NCBI GenBank assembly: GCA_002269645.1
Contig: NIVC01001098.1
Span: forward strand, 62,001 to 126,000
From: Macrostomum lignano
Taxonomy: Eukaryota
DNA: 64,000 bases
Reading direction: 5' to 3'
Shown: one piece after another, positions 1 through 12,085 of the stretch
Position numbering within the stretch: the first letter of the stretch is position 1
Layout: each line of letters begins with the position of its first letter
The notes under the pieces: model-generated
Seen by the model: only the letters and a program-made list of their open reading frames with translations
The model's database searches: none
What the model was told of the DNA's origin: nothing
Made by a program: the position numbers and the translations under genes

Positions 1-2063
1 TGGTTTATTAATAGCAATAGTCCTTGGCTTATCGAGTGCAGTAATCCTTGGTTTGCCAAGAGCAATAGTCCTTGGCTTATCGAGTGCAGTAATCCTTGGT
101 TTATTAATAGCAATAATCCTTGGCTTATCGAGTGCAGTAATCCTTGGTTTGCCAAGAGCAATAGTCCTTGGCTTATCGAGTGCAGTAATCCTTGTTTTGC
201 CAAGAGCAATAGTCCTTGGCTTATCGAGTGCAGTAATCCTTGGTTTATTAATAGCAATAATCCTTGGCTTATCGAGTGCAGTAATACTTGGTTTATTAAT
301 AGCAATAATCCATGGCTGATCGAGTGCAGTAATCCTTGGTTTGCCAAGAGCAATAGTCCTTGGTTTATTGAGTGCAGTAATCCTTGGTTTATTAATAGCA
401 ATAGTCCTTGGCTTATCGAGTGCAGTAATCCTTGGTTTGCCAAGAGCAATAGTCCTTGGCTTATCGAGTGCAGTAATCCTTGGTTTATTAATAGCAATAA
501 TCCTTGGCTTATCGAGTGCAGTAATCCTTGGTTTGCCAAGAGCAATAGTCCTTGGCTTATCGAGTGCAGTAATACTTGGTTTATTAATAGCAATAATCCA
601 TGGCTTATCGAGTGCAGTAATCCTTGGTTTGCCAAGAGCAGTAGTCCTTGGTTTATTGAGTGCAGTAATCCTTGGTTTATTAATAGCAATAGTCCTTGGT
701 TTATTGAGTGCAGTAGTCCTTGGTTTATTAATAGCAATAATCCTTGGCTTATCGAGTGCAGTAATCCTTGGTTTGCCAAGAGCAATAGTCCTTGGCTTAT
801 CGAGTGCAGTAATCCTTGGTTTGCCAAGAGCAATAGTTCTTGGTTTATTGAGTGCAGTAATCCTTGGTTTATTAATAGCAATAATCCTTGGCTTATCGAG
901 TGCAGTAATCCTTGGTTTGCCAAGAGCAATAGTCCTTGGCTTATCGAGTGCAGTAATCCTTGGTTTGCCAAGAGCAATAGTCCTTGGCTTATCGAGTGCA
1001 GTAATCCTTGGTTTGCCAAGAGCAATAGTCCTTGGCTTATCGAGTGCAGTAATTCTTGGTTTATTAATAGCAATAATCCTTGGCTTATCGAGTGCAGTAA
1101 TCCTTGGTTTATTAATAGCAATAATCCTTGGCTTATCGAGTGCAGTAATCCTTGGTTTATTAATAGCAATAATCCTTGGCTTTTCGAGTGCAGTAATCCT
1201 TGGTTTGCCAAGAGCAATAGTCCTTGGCTTATCGAGTGCAGTAATCCTTGGTTTGCCAAGAGCAATAGTCCTTGGCTTATCGAGTGCAGTAATCCTTGGT
1301 TTATTAATAGCAATAGTCCTTGGTTTATTGAGTGCAGTAGTCCTTGGTTTATTAATAGCAATAATCCTTGGCTTATCGAGTGCAGTAATCCTTGGTTTAT
1401 TAATAGCAATAATCCTTGGCTTATCGAGTGCAGTAATCCTTGGTTTGCCAAGAGCAATAGTCCTTGGCTTATCGAGTGCAGTAATCCTTGGTTTGCCAAG
1501 AGCAATAGTCCTTGGTTTATTGAGTGCAGTAATCCTTGGTTTATTAATAGCAATAGTCCTTGGTTTATTGAGTGCAGTAGTCCTTGGTTTATTAATAGCA
1601 ATAATCCTTGTCTTATCGAGTGCAGTAATCCTTGGTTTATTAATAGCAATAATCCTTGGCTTATCGAGTGCAGTAATCCTTGGTTTGCCAAGAGCAATAG
1701 TTCTTGGTTTATTGAGTGCAGTAATCCTTGGTTTATTAATAGCAATAATCCTTGGCTTATCGAGTGCAGTAATCCTTGGTTTATTAATAGCAATAATCCA
1801 TGGCTTATCGAGTGCAGTAATCCTTGGTTTATTAATAGCAATAATCCTTGGCTTATCGAGTGCAGTAATCCTTGGTTTGCCAAGAGCAATAGTCCTTGGT
1901 TTATTGAGTGCAGTAATCCTTGGTTTATTAATAGCAGTAGTCCTTGGTTTATTGAGTGCAGTAGTCCTTGGTTTATTAATAGCAATAATCCATGGCTTAT
2001 CGAGTGCAGTAATCCTTGGTTTGCCAAGAGCAATAATCCTTAGCTTATCGAGTGCAGTAATCT
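1..2063. repeat. 24-bp minisatellite with 48-bp higher-order alternation (runs off the left edge)
   Basis: Monomer CTTGGCTTATCGAGTGCAGTAATC alternates with CTTGGTTTATTAATAGCAATAATC or CTTGGTTTGCCAAGAGCAATAGTC. The ORFs 53..319 and 341..2065 are products of this repeat. Confidence 0.97.
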
Positions 2064-2718
2064 AAGTGTTTTATTTAGTCCTTTAGTAAAGGCTTTTAAT
2101 AAAAAATTTTACACTACTACTTAGATTCGAACCCAGGTCGCTGCATTAGCAGTCTGGTCTGCTCAGCTCTAGGCTAGCTCTCATCGAAGTTATCAGTGAA
2201 TTTGTACCACTTATATAATTCAACACTCACACCAAGTCAGGTAGAGTAAAAAGTTACGCGAAGCAGTTATGACATAATCAATTTCTTAGGCAAGTCAGTA
2301 TCATGCAGTGTCTATTAAAGCTAACAATATGGTTACGTAATATAAATTCAGTACTGCACTATACTTTCACACTCAAAGCTGTGACGCAATTCAATTGAGT
2401 GTCAAATTTAGCCAGTACACAGACGATAAATAAAGTGTATTGTGATGCAATCTATTTCAGAATCAGAATTCAACAAGTCAGTTTTTTCTCTAGCATTTTT
2501 ACAGTGCGTTTCAAGTCGAAATAGCTGCTTGACCTTTGCAAAAAAGCATGTTTTTCGAATATTTAATCCCTTTAGCATCGAGCAATTTCTTAGCAACGAT
2601 GCATGTACCGTCACGGAAAAATTTCTGATCGAATGGTGCAAATTAGAAGAAAATCGGTTGAGCCGTTTTTGCTAAAATCGATCACACACATACCGACAGA
2701 CCATTTTTAGTATATGGA
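1..2718 (-). mobile_element. Non-autonomous Helitron-like element H1 (5' head plus 24-bp array; 3' end outside window)
   Basis: Minus strand starts TCCATATACTAAAAATGG at 2718. The ~650-bp head (2064-2718) is homologous to the heads at 10814-11417, 14770-15399 and 19120-19701. Confidence 0.8.
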
Positions 2719-4022
2719 CGAGGCCAACTCCTCCTCTGGAGGAGAAAGGGGAAGAATTCCCATCACCGGAACTCCATTCCCTGAAATGCCATTCCATGAA
2801 ACCCATCATCCAACTCCTCTCCGCGAAACTGAACATCATCGAAATCCTCTCCGTAAAAGAGAACTCCATCAAACACCTCTCCGTGAAACTGACATCCATT
2901 AAAATCGTCTCCGCGAAACAGAAATTCTCTCCATAAAACTGGACTGAATCGAAATTTTCTCCGTCAAAAAGAATCAACTCTCAGGATTCAGTGGTTAGGG
3001 TTAGGGTTAGGGTTAGGGTTAGAGCTACACGCAGCAGTGTGTTGAAAGGCGTCGATAAAAAATTGAACTAATTGAATCAATTCATTGCGCAACCGATTTC
3101 ACAGTCAGTCAGTATCTGTCTCAGTTAAAGTTAACAAAAAGATTGCGCAAACTAAATCAACCCTCCAATACACAGCGACTGCAATTAAAAGTTGAACTCC
3201 CCTCCAACTGTTGGGGGGTTGGTCGAACCCCCATTGAACTCCAAAATGAGTACACTGCCGAAAGTTAAAAGTATGGAAATCGTTTTTTAAATGCTGTGCT
3301 TTTTGTTTTCACATTTAAAGCAAACAACTTATATCCCCGAACTCAGTATTGCAAGATCTTTCCAGTAATATAAGTCTCTCCTCTGAAAGTTTAAAAATCG
3401 AGGAACAGTTAGCGCTTGAAATTTCCTGATTTAAAGCATTAAAGTATCGAGTGTACGTTCACAGCCTTCTAAAGAGGCTCGCAAGTTTATTCATTAAATT
3501 TTACTGCCCAGCAAATACACATGGCTGCCTATTGAATGCCGCCGATAATAAAACCAATTAAATCTCGACACAGTCCTAGCTATCTCCTTACACTGTACAA
3601 CTGCTATGTACACTCAGCCCAAGCCCAACCCCCATTCCGGGGGAATCGTTAAATTTAATTGAACCCCCCAACACGCGGGGGTTTTGCATTTAACGCAGAA
3701 CACGCGCACCCACCCCCCAAAACACAGCGACCCGCGGGCGCAGGTTGGGGTGGCTATTTTTACAAACAGACTGCAACCCCTCCACTGGAGAGGCAGAGTG
3801 GCCACAGAAGGGCCAAAGAAGGTTAGGAAATCAGTTTTCTGCTTTTTTAGGGATCTTAAAATGTATAAATGAAAGATTAAAATTGCTATAAACCCAGTCC
3901 GGAAAATTTGCAGTTTACCCATATAAGTTTCAACGCTGACTTGCCAGTAGTTTAGGAGAAAAATTGCAACACACATACATACAGACAAACAAACAAACAT
4001 CGCACCACTTTTAGTATTAAGA
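2719..4022 (-). mobile_element. Non-autonomous Helitron-like element H2
   Basis: 5' TCTTAATACTAAAAAG at 4022 followed by a (TTTG/TCTG/TATG) microsatellite. 3' hairpin CTCCTCC-AGA-GGAGGAG then CTCG, abutting the TC of H1. Contains a degenerate 30-bp repeat and TTAGGG. Confidence 0.72.
2995..3022 (+). repeat. Interstitial telomeric repeat (TTAGGG)4 within H2
   Basis: Direct reading of the sequence. Confidence 0.95.
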
Positions 4023-4139
4023 CGAGTGGAACTCCTCCTCTGGAGGAGAAAGGGGAAGAACTCCCATCACCGGAATTCTGAAGGGGAAGAACTCCTATCA
4101 GCTGAAATTCAATGAATTGAATCCCATCTTCCAAATCAT

Positions 4140-5160
4140 CTCCAAATCCTCTACAATCTATCAACTCCCATCTCTCATCTCTTGCGCCCTGCGCTCTGAT
4201 TTTTATTTTTACTCTCTTCTTTCTCCTCACTAATTACTCCTCTCTACACTTTCATCTCTCTCATCTCTGATCTTTCATCTCTCTTCTCCCTCCTCTCTCC
4301 CTTCTCTCGCTTCTCTCTCTCCTCTATTCCTACTCTTCTCGCTTATCTCTTCTCTCTCATATCTCATCTCTACTCCCTTATTTATCTCTTCTCCCTCGCC
4401 TTTCGTCTGTACCCTCTCCTGTCTACTCTCATATCTTCTCTCTTATCTCTCCCCTTTTCTCTCCTCTCTCATATCTCATCTCTACTCACTTATCTATCGT
4501 CTCCGCTCTACTTTCTCTCTTCCCTTTTCTCTCTTCTCTCTGCTTTCATTACTCGTATCTCTTATACGCTCTCACCCTCTCCTTTCTTATCTACCATCTT
4601 TCTTCCCTTTCTACTGCATCACCTGTCTCCTCTCCTCTCTTTTCTCTCCTCTCCATTCCCTCTTCTCTCCTCTTATCTCCCCTCATCTCTTCTCTAATCT
4701 CTCCTCTCTCCTCTCTCATATCTCTTCTCTACTCACTTATCTATTCTCTCTCCCCTTTTACACTTTCCTATATGCTCTCACTCTCACCCTCTCCTTTCTT
4801 ATATCCTGTTTTTTTACACTCTTTTCTATCACCTGTCTCCTCTCGTTTCTCTCCTCTCTGCACTCTCATCTTTACCCTCTTCTTTCTCCTCACTACTTTC
4901 TTCTCTTGAATCTCTGATCTCTGATCTTTCATCTCTCTCCTCTCACCTCTCACCTCTCTCCTCTCTTTCCTCTCTTCTATTGCCTCTGTACGCTCTTCAT
5001 CTCCTCTCTCCTCTTCTCTTTTCTCTTCCTTCGTTCCCGCCTTACTCCCCTCTTCTCTCCCATCTGTCATGTCTAATCTCTCCATTCATTTCTACTCTGT
5101 TTTCTATCATCTCATCTCTCTTCTCTTTTCATTCTTCTCTTTACTCTCTTCTCTGACTGA
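4140..5160. repeat. Polypyrimidine (CT-rich) low-complexity tract inside H3
   Basis: About 1 kb of almost pure C/T on the + strand with internal degenerate duplications; absent from H2. Confidence 0.9.
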
Positions 5161-5199
5161 TTGAAGATGCCAAATCCATCAAGATCCTCTCCGCGAAGC

Positions 5200-5560
5200 A
5201 GAAAAATCCTGTCCGTGCAACTGAAAACCATCGAAATCCTCTCAGTGAAACTGGACTCCTTCGAAATCCTCTCTTTGAAACTTAAATCCATCAAAATGGT
5301 CTCCATAAAACAGAAATCAATCATAAATTATCTCCGCGAAACAGAAATCCTCTCCGTGAAGCTGAACATCATCGAAATCCTCTCCGTGAAACTGAACATC
5401 ATCGAAATCCTTTCCACGAAAGTGAACGCCATCGAAATCCTCTCTACGAAAGTGAACGCCATCGAAATCCTCTCCACGAAACAGAAATCCTCTTCGTCAA
5501 AATTAAAACATTGAAATCGTCTCCGCTAAACTGGACTCAATCGAATTTTTTCCGTCAAAC
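5200..5560. repeat. Degenerate 30-bp tandem repeat (ATCGAAATCCTCTCCGTGAAACTGAACATC)
   Basis: About 10 imperfect copies, with a related shorter array at 2780-2970. Explains ORF 5161..5514 (IEILSVKLNI repeats). Confidence 0.85.
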
Positions 5561-5584
5561 AACTCAACTCTCCGGATTCATTGG

Positions 5585-5612
5585 TTAGGGTTAGGGTTAG
5601 GGTTAGGGTTAG
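5585..5612 (+). repeat. Interstitial telomeric repeat (TTAGGG)4 within H3
   Basis: Direct reading; same flanks as 2995-3022. Confidence 0.95.
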
Positions 5613-6353
5613 AACTACGCACAGGTTTGTGTTAAAAGGCACTGATAAAAATATTGAACTAATTGAATCAATTCATTGCGCAACTGATTTCACAGTCAGT
5701 CAGTCAATCTAAATCAACCCTCCAATACACAGCAGCAGTGAGAAGTTGAACCCTCCCCCAACTTTATCTATTACGTCTCGCAAAACTGAGTACAATCTTT
5801 GCAGAAAGTTAAAAGTATGGAAATAGTTTTTCAAATGCTGTGCTTTTTCTTTTCATATTTAAAGCAAACAACTTATATCCCCGAACTCAGCGTTGCAAGA
5901 TCTTTCCAGCAATATAAGTTTCTCCTCTCAAAGTTTAAAACTCGAGGAACAGTTAGCGTTTGAAATTTACCGATTTCCCGACTTCTTGCTAGAGAAGCTC
6001 GCAAGTTTATTCATTGAATTTCACTGCCCAGCTAATACACAGGGCCGATAATAAAACCAATTGAATCTCGGCACAGTTCTATCTATCTTTTTACACTGTA
6101 CAACAGCTATGTACACTCAGTCCAAGCCCAACCCCCCGATACGGGGGAAGCATTAAATTTAACTCAACCCGCCAACACGCGGGGGGTTTTATTTGCATTG
6201 AACGTAGAACACGCGCACCCACCACCCCTCAAAACACAGCGGCCCGCGGGCGGAGGTTGGGGTGGCTATTTTTACAAACTGGCTGAAGCCCCAGGCAGAG
6301 TGGCAAAAGAAGGTTATTGGGGGTCAAAAAAGCAGTTTACACTGCGGTGATTC

Positions 6354-6624
6354 TGTTAGGCTTTGGCGGGGCTTCGCACTGTTTATTATTTGATTGCTTA
6401 TTTCACTGGTGCTTGTACTTTTGTTCAGTCTGAGTGTACGTATCAAATTATTATTGTCATCGTGCTCTGATGTGCAGTGCGGTGAGTTTTAGTCCTGGGT
6501 TGGGGGGTTGTCGCGGGTTCGTGCTTTATCGTTGATAATAAATAGTTTCGCACGGAGCGTGGGCTCAGAGCTATCGTTTTCTCGTCTCATAGCAATTGCT
6601 CGCCTTAGCTTGTCATTTCTAACA
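6354..6624 (+). repeat. 5' LTR (271 bp)
   Basis: TGTTAGG...CTAACA; differs from the 3' LTR by one G in a G-run as far as I can read. Confidence 0.96.
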
Positions 6625-6627
6625 TTT

Positions 6628-6645
6628 TGGCGTCGCAAGCAGGAT
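6628..6645 (+). promoter_or_regulatory. Primer-binding site, probably complementary to a tRNA-Ser 3' end
   Basis: TGGCGTCGCAAGCAGGAT, 3 nt after the LTR. The complement ATCCTGCTTGCGACG-CCA has a G discriminator and a CCTGC T-stem as in eukaryotic tRNA-Ser. The isoacceptor assignment is inference. Confidence 0.8.
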
Positions 6646-6652
6646 CGCATGC

Positions 6653-9600
6653 ATGTCTATCAAGCTACGAGACCCACTGCCACTGGAAAGCATTGAAGAG
6701 CTGCGGGCATGGGTCGAAGTTTTCGATGCTCAAGCGAGGTCAAAAGGAGTGCAGGACACCGACGGCAACCTGGCACTGACAGACGCTTTTCTGGGCTGTC
6801 TGGGCGTGGCTCAGCTAATCAAAGTGAAGCAGCTGGTGGCACCGAGCCAGCTTTCTAAGATGAAGTGGGCCGACATCAAAGCGTGCCTGATTCGGTTTCT
6901 GGAACCGCAGAAAAGGCTGCTGATTTCGGAGCGGGCGGCCTTCATGTCCATGCGCCAGGGCGAGGTGAGAGCATCACCGGCTTCGCTGCCCGTCTTCGAG
7001 AACAGGCAGTGGTGTGTGAGTTCGAGAAGCTAAAGGACGAGGGTGCGAACCCAGCAGAGCAGCTGATCAAAATGCGACTGATTGCTGGCCTCAGCAATCA
7101 GGACATCAGAAGCAAAGTGCTCGAACGTGAGGTTTCGTCGGAGCTTTCGGTGGACCAGATTTCAGACTATGTGCAGCAGCTACAGATGGTGAGCACCTTC
7201 TTGACTGGGCCGCTGACTGCGTTAGGCCAGGCTCAAGTTGGTTCAGCGGTGCACCAGACGGCGCCTAGCCACGATGCGCCACGCCGGGACCTCGAAGACG
7301 CGGCCGGTGTCAATGCGGTGGAGAAGTCGAGACCGAATGTGAGTGGAAGCCAGATCTGCCAGCGCTGCGGCCAGAAGTCTCATCGCAAGCCAACTGACTG
7401 CTGGGCGCTGAAAGCCACCTGTCGTCAGTTCGCCCACTTCGCCCGAGTCTGCAGGAGCGCCAAAACTCACTTCGCTGCAGAAAAAGCAATGTCTGCAGAT
7501 TCTACCAGTTATGAGCCCGTCTTCTACTGCGGTGAGGGCACCCCGGCTGCTTTCTGCATGGTCAAGATCAACGGCAAGCAGGTGAAGATGGAGAAGGATA
7601 GCGGTGCGGCGTGCTCGCTGATATCAAGAAAGATCTGGGAAGATCTTGGCAGACCGCCACTGAAATCGGCGAAGTCCCGGATGCTGGCCTACGACGGTCA
7701 TGTGATGAAGCAGCTCGGCATCCTGGAGTGCCTGGTGGAGACTGACGGCACGGACGGTCGCTTCATTGCCGCTGAGTTGCCTGTCATCGACTGCCAGCAA
7801 AAGTTTGGACTGCTAGGCCGGGATTTGCTCAACTCGCTGCCAGCTCACCATTCTGATGAGGCCAAGGCACCCAGCAGCAACAGGTATGAGAGCTTACTGG
7901 GTATTAAGGGAGCAGTCGGAGAGATTCGGTTGAAGACAGGAGCCGGGCCGATCTTCCAGCCAGCCAGAGAGCTGCCATTGGCGCTGCGTCCGTTAGTAAA
8001 AAAGGAGCTGGACTTGATGGAGAAGGCGGGAATAGTCGAGAGAGTGACATCGTCGGAGTGGGGCAGCCCGATTGTGGTGACGGTGAAGTCAGACAAGGCG
8101 TCAGTGAGGATTTGCGGAGACTACACAGCAGTCAATCAGTGGGTGCAAGATCAGACATACCTGACTCCATCAATAGAGACAGCGTTTTCCAAGATGGCCA
8201 ACAAGAAGCTGTTTTGCCGTCTTGACCTTTCTGATGCCTATTATCAAATACCGCTGGACAGTGAGTCTAAAGACATTACCACCATCAACACTCCATTTGG
8301 CTGTTATCGTTTCAATAGGCTGCCGTACGGCATCAAGGTCTCTCCGTCTGTGTTCCAGCGTGAGATGGAGAAGCTGCTAGGCGAACATCCAGGTGTCATT
8401 GTGTACCAAGATGACGTCCTCATGGGTGCGGTGACGAAGGCAGAGCTGGAGAACATTCGCACAGGAATACTCGACAAGCTGAGAGCGGCAAATGTTAAAG
8501 TCAATGAAGCAAAGTGCATCATGGAAGCACCCAGTTTGAAGTTTCTTGGCCACATAATAGATGAGGAAGGGATCAAGCCAGATCCTGGCATGGTTCAGCG
8601 GATTCAGGATGTGGAAGCTCCAAAGAACAAGAAGGACCTCGAGCGGTTTCTGGGACTGGCCCAGTTCTACGGTCGGTTGGTCCCCAATTTTGCTGAGAAG
8701 TGCCGGCCTTTGCAGGAACTTCGCCGGGCGGACCGGGTGTTCGAGTGGAGTTCTGTGGCCGAAGCCGCGTTTGCCTGCGTGAAGCAGAGCCTGAGTTCGA
8801 ATCCGTGCGTGAAACCATTTGATGTCAGCTCTCCTGTCTGTCTCCGCGTGGATGCTAGTGAGCAGTCATTGGGTGCTGTTCTGGTGCAGTCAGGTCATCC
8901 GGTTATGTACCTGTCACGTGCTCTGACGAAGTCTGAAGCAAATTACTCGAACATTGAGAGAGAGGCCCTTGCAATTGTTTGGGCAGTGGAGAGAGCTCGA
9001 AAGATGCTGCTAGGCAAGAGGTTTACTCTCCAGACCGACCATGAGCCGCTAAAGTATATTTTCAATCCGAGCAAAAACCTTCCCAAAACGGTGTCAGCAA
9101 GACTAATGCGCTGGGCTTTGAGACTGTCGGCTTTCGATTACGTGGTCGAGTACGTGCCTGGGAGGCTGATGACGGATGCTGATGCTTTGTCACGTTTGAG
9201 CTTTGCCGAGCTAGATGCACAGAATGATTTAATTCACCAGCTGGAGTCTGAGGTCGTCACTGAAGGGGCTCTGGTGACCTTGCAAGAGCTACGTGAAGGA
9301 ACTCGGAGGTGTTCGCTGTTGACACGGCTCCGGCAGAGAATCAGAACCGGCAGGTGGGGCCAGGTGTCGCAGGTGGAGAGACCGTACAAGGCGTGTCGTG
9401 AGGCTCTGTCAGTCGAAGATGGCCTGGTGATCCATGGAACCAGAATTGTGCCGCCACCCATTCTCCGCAGGCGCATCCTGGAGGCGGCCCATGACGAAGT
9501 ACACCCGAGTGCTGACAACACCAAGGCGCACATCTCCAAGGAATTCTGGTGGCCTGGCCTGGATCGCGAGGTGCGGACTTTTGTGGAGCGCTGTCCGCAG

Positions 9601-10467
9601 TGCTCAGAAACTCGACCGGTGCTTCAGCGGAAAATCGACATCTGGCCAGCCGAGAGTGAGCCTTGGGCGCGAGTTCACATGGACCACTGTGAGATCTCTG
9701 GTGTTGGGCTTCTCCTGTTGTTGTCCGACTCCTATTCAGGGTGGCCGGAGGCGATTCAGGTGCCTGATCGATCTGCAGAAAGTGTACTGCGTGTTCTAAG
9801 AGCGGTTTTTGCGAGGAATGGAGTGCCTCAGACGCTGGTGTCGGACAATGCGCCGGAGTTTAAGTCGGAGAAGGTCTCGCAGTGGCTGCGCAGCATTGGT
9901 TGTCGTGAACTGCACACCCCGCCGTATCATCCCGCCTCGAATGGTCAAGCTGAGAGACTGGTGCGAATCATTAAGGATGGTCTCAGAGCGTGGACTAAGG
10001 TGGTGCCGTTCGACCATTTTCTGCAAAAGCTGTTGCTGACGATAAGGACCAGCCGGCCAAGCGGCAATCGCGCAGCCTCTCCAGACATCCTCATGTGGGG
10101 CCGTCGGCTTCGACACCCGCTGACAATGACGGAGCAAGCTGGCGATCCAATCTGGCTGAGGATGCGACCTGGAACTCCTCCGGTGCCAGCCAAGTTCGTA
10201 GTGCAGCACGGCCTGAACACGGCGCTTGTCACTCCGGCCAATCAGCCTGGCGGTGGCCTGCGGCTGGCGCACTCAAATCAGTGGACCGGCCGGCCGGACT
10301 CTCCTAAGCGGCTTGAGACACCTGAACCCGATGGTGCGCTGACTGACCCGGTGGTTGCCGTGGAAGACGACCCGCGGCTCGACCTGGAGCGCCAGGAGCC
10401 CGGAAACATTTGCCACCGGGAGCCGTACGAGTTTCGTCCTCGGCAGCCTGTTTGCTACAAGGACTGA
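6653..10467 (+). CDS. Gag-Pol polyprotein (gag, CCHC knuckle, aspartic protease, RT, RNase H, integrase) with one frameshift near 6965
   Basis: ORF 6653 (MSIKLRDP...FMSMRQGE) joins ORF 6865 frame (GESITGFAARLREQA) if one G is added at GAGGTGAG. Motifs: CQRCGQKSH knuckle, protease DSGA, RT YQDD, RNase H DAS/TDH, integrase HHCC zinc finger and D..D(SDNA)..E. Confidence 0.93.
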
Positions 10468-10526
10468 TAGTGAAATTGACTGTGGGGATTTCAAGTGACT
10501 GTCTTTGAATTTTGTTTGCTTTTTGT

Positions 10527-10535
10527 GGGGAGCAG
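10527..10535 (+). promoter_or_regulatory. Polypurine tract
   Basis: GGGGAGCAG immediately before the 3' LTR. Confidence 0.75.
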
Positions 10536-10805
10536 TGTTAGGCTTTGGCGGGGCTTCGCACTGTTTATTATTTGATTGCTTATTTCACTGGTGCTTGTAC
10601 TTTTGTTCAGTCTGAGTGTACGTATCAAATTATTATTGTCATCGTGCTCTGATGTGCAGTGCGGTGAGTTTTAGTCCTGGGTTGGGGGTTGTCGCGGGTT
10701 CGTGCTTTATCGTTGATAATAAATAGTTTCGCACGGAGCGTGGGCTCAGAGCTATCGTTTTCTCGTCTCATAGCAATTGCTCGCCTTAGCTTGTCATTTC
10801 TAACA
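10536..10805 (+). repeat. 3' LTR (270 bp)
   Basis: Near-identical to the 5' LTR; followed by TSD GATTC. Confidence 0.96.
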
Positions 10806-11417
10806 GATTCATTTCCTATATACTAAAAATGAGTTGTTTGTTTGTACGCAATTGATTAGAGAAAAAATGGCTGGACCGATTTTCATGAGACTTGCACTGT
10901 TCGATCAGAAATTTTCCCGTGACGGTACATGCATCGTGGCTAAGAAATTGCTCGATGCTAAAGGCATTAAATATTCGAAAAACATGCTTTTTTGCAAAGG
11001 TCAAGCAAACTTTTCGACTTGAAATGCATTGTAAGAATGCTAAGAGAAAAATTGACTGGTTGAATCTGATTCTGAAATAGATTGCATCATAACTGAATTG
11101 TAACTCCAACTTGAATTGCGTCACAGTATTGAAAATGCAGTGTGGAAGCATAGCACCAGACTTGATTTAGATTGCATAACCATATTCTCAACTTTAATTA
11201 AGACTGATGCTGACTTGCCTAGGAAATTGATTATGTCATAACTGCTTCGTGAGTGAGTGTTGAATTATATGAGTGCTACAATTTCATTTATAATTCAATA
11301 AGATCTAGCCTAGAAGTGAACAGACTGGACAGCTAATGCAGCGACCTGGGTTCGAATCTTAGTAGTGAAAATTTTTTTATTAAAAGCTTTTATTAAAAAA
11401 ACAATAAAGGACTAAAG

Positions 11418-11761
11418 GCGTCATGTAAAAAATCATAGAAGCGTCTTGTAAAAATCATAAAAGCGTCATGTAAACAATCATAGAAGCGTCATGTAAACAA
11501 TCATAGAAGCGTCGTGTAAAAATCATAGAAGCGTCATGTAAAAAATCATAGAAGCGTCATGTAAAAATCATAGAAGCGTCATGTAAACAATCATAGAAGC
11601 GTCATGTAAACAATCATAGAAGCATCATGTAAAAATCATAGAAGCGTCATGTAAACAATCATAGAAGCGTCATGAAACAATCATAGAAGCGTCATGTAAA
11701 AATCATAGAAGCGTCATGTAAACAATCATAGAAGCGTCATGAAACAATCATAGAAGCGTCA
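11418..11761. repeat. 22-23-bp minisatellite (CATGTAAACAATCATAGAAGCGT), left part of the H4 array
   Basis: About 15 tandem copies. Confidence 0.97.
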
Positions 11762-11983
11762 CTAGCAATCTACGCCCCCCGTTGGGGAGCCAAAGAAATG
11801 CAATACACGTTTTTTTAATAAGCTACATGTATCCTTAAAATCTTAAAAAATCTCCTGTCAAACCTTGTAAGCCTTGACATGTCAGTTATCCCCCCCACAA
11901 GCTTTAACATATCAACTTCCCCCCTTGACATCTCAGCAATGCCCCCAATAAGCCTTGGAAATCTAAAAATATCTGTCAACCTT

Positions 11984-12028
11984 CTAACCCTAACCCTAGC
12001 CTAACCCTAACCCTAACCCTAACCCTAA
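11984..12028 (-). repeat. Interstitial telomeric repeat (CCCTAA)n within H5
   Basis: About 7 imperfect copies; mirror of 26978-27033. Confidence 0.93.
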
Positions 12029-12085
12029 AGCATTGAAATTTCAGTAATTCTCTCTAAGAGTCATTATAGCACTACTACAGCATTA

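Larger units (their letters stand above)
4023..6320 (-). mobile_element. Helitron-like element H3, paralog of H2, 5'-truncated
   Basis: Same 3' hairpin + CTCG end at 4023, abutting the TC of H2. 5580-6320 is collinear with 2990-3830. Homology stops near GAAGGTTA at ~6316. Confidence 0.68.
6354..10805 (+). mobile_element. Full-length Ty3/Gypsy LTR retrotransposon (Mag-like)
   Basis: TG...CA LTRs at 6354-6624 and 10536-10805, 5-bp TSD GATTC (6349-6353 and 10806-10810), PBS, PPT, and gag-PR-RT-RH-IN domain order. Confidence 0.97.

Noticed and set aside
341-2065. 574-aa hydrophobic ORF as a membrane-protein gene
   Set aside because: It is entirely the translation of a 24-bp tandem repeat inside a mobile element, starts at TTG and has no unique sequence. 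The opposite strand also appears open.
11300-11380. Functional tRNA-Ser gene
   Set aside because: There is no acceptor stem or D-arm pairing; it is kept only as a tRNA-like motif.
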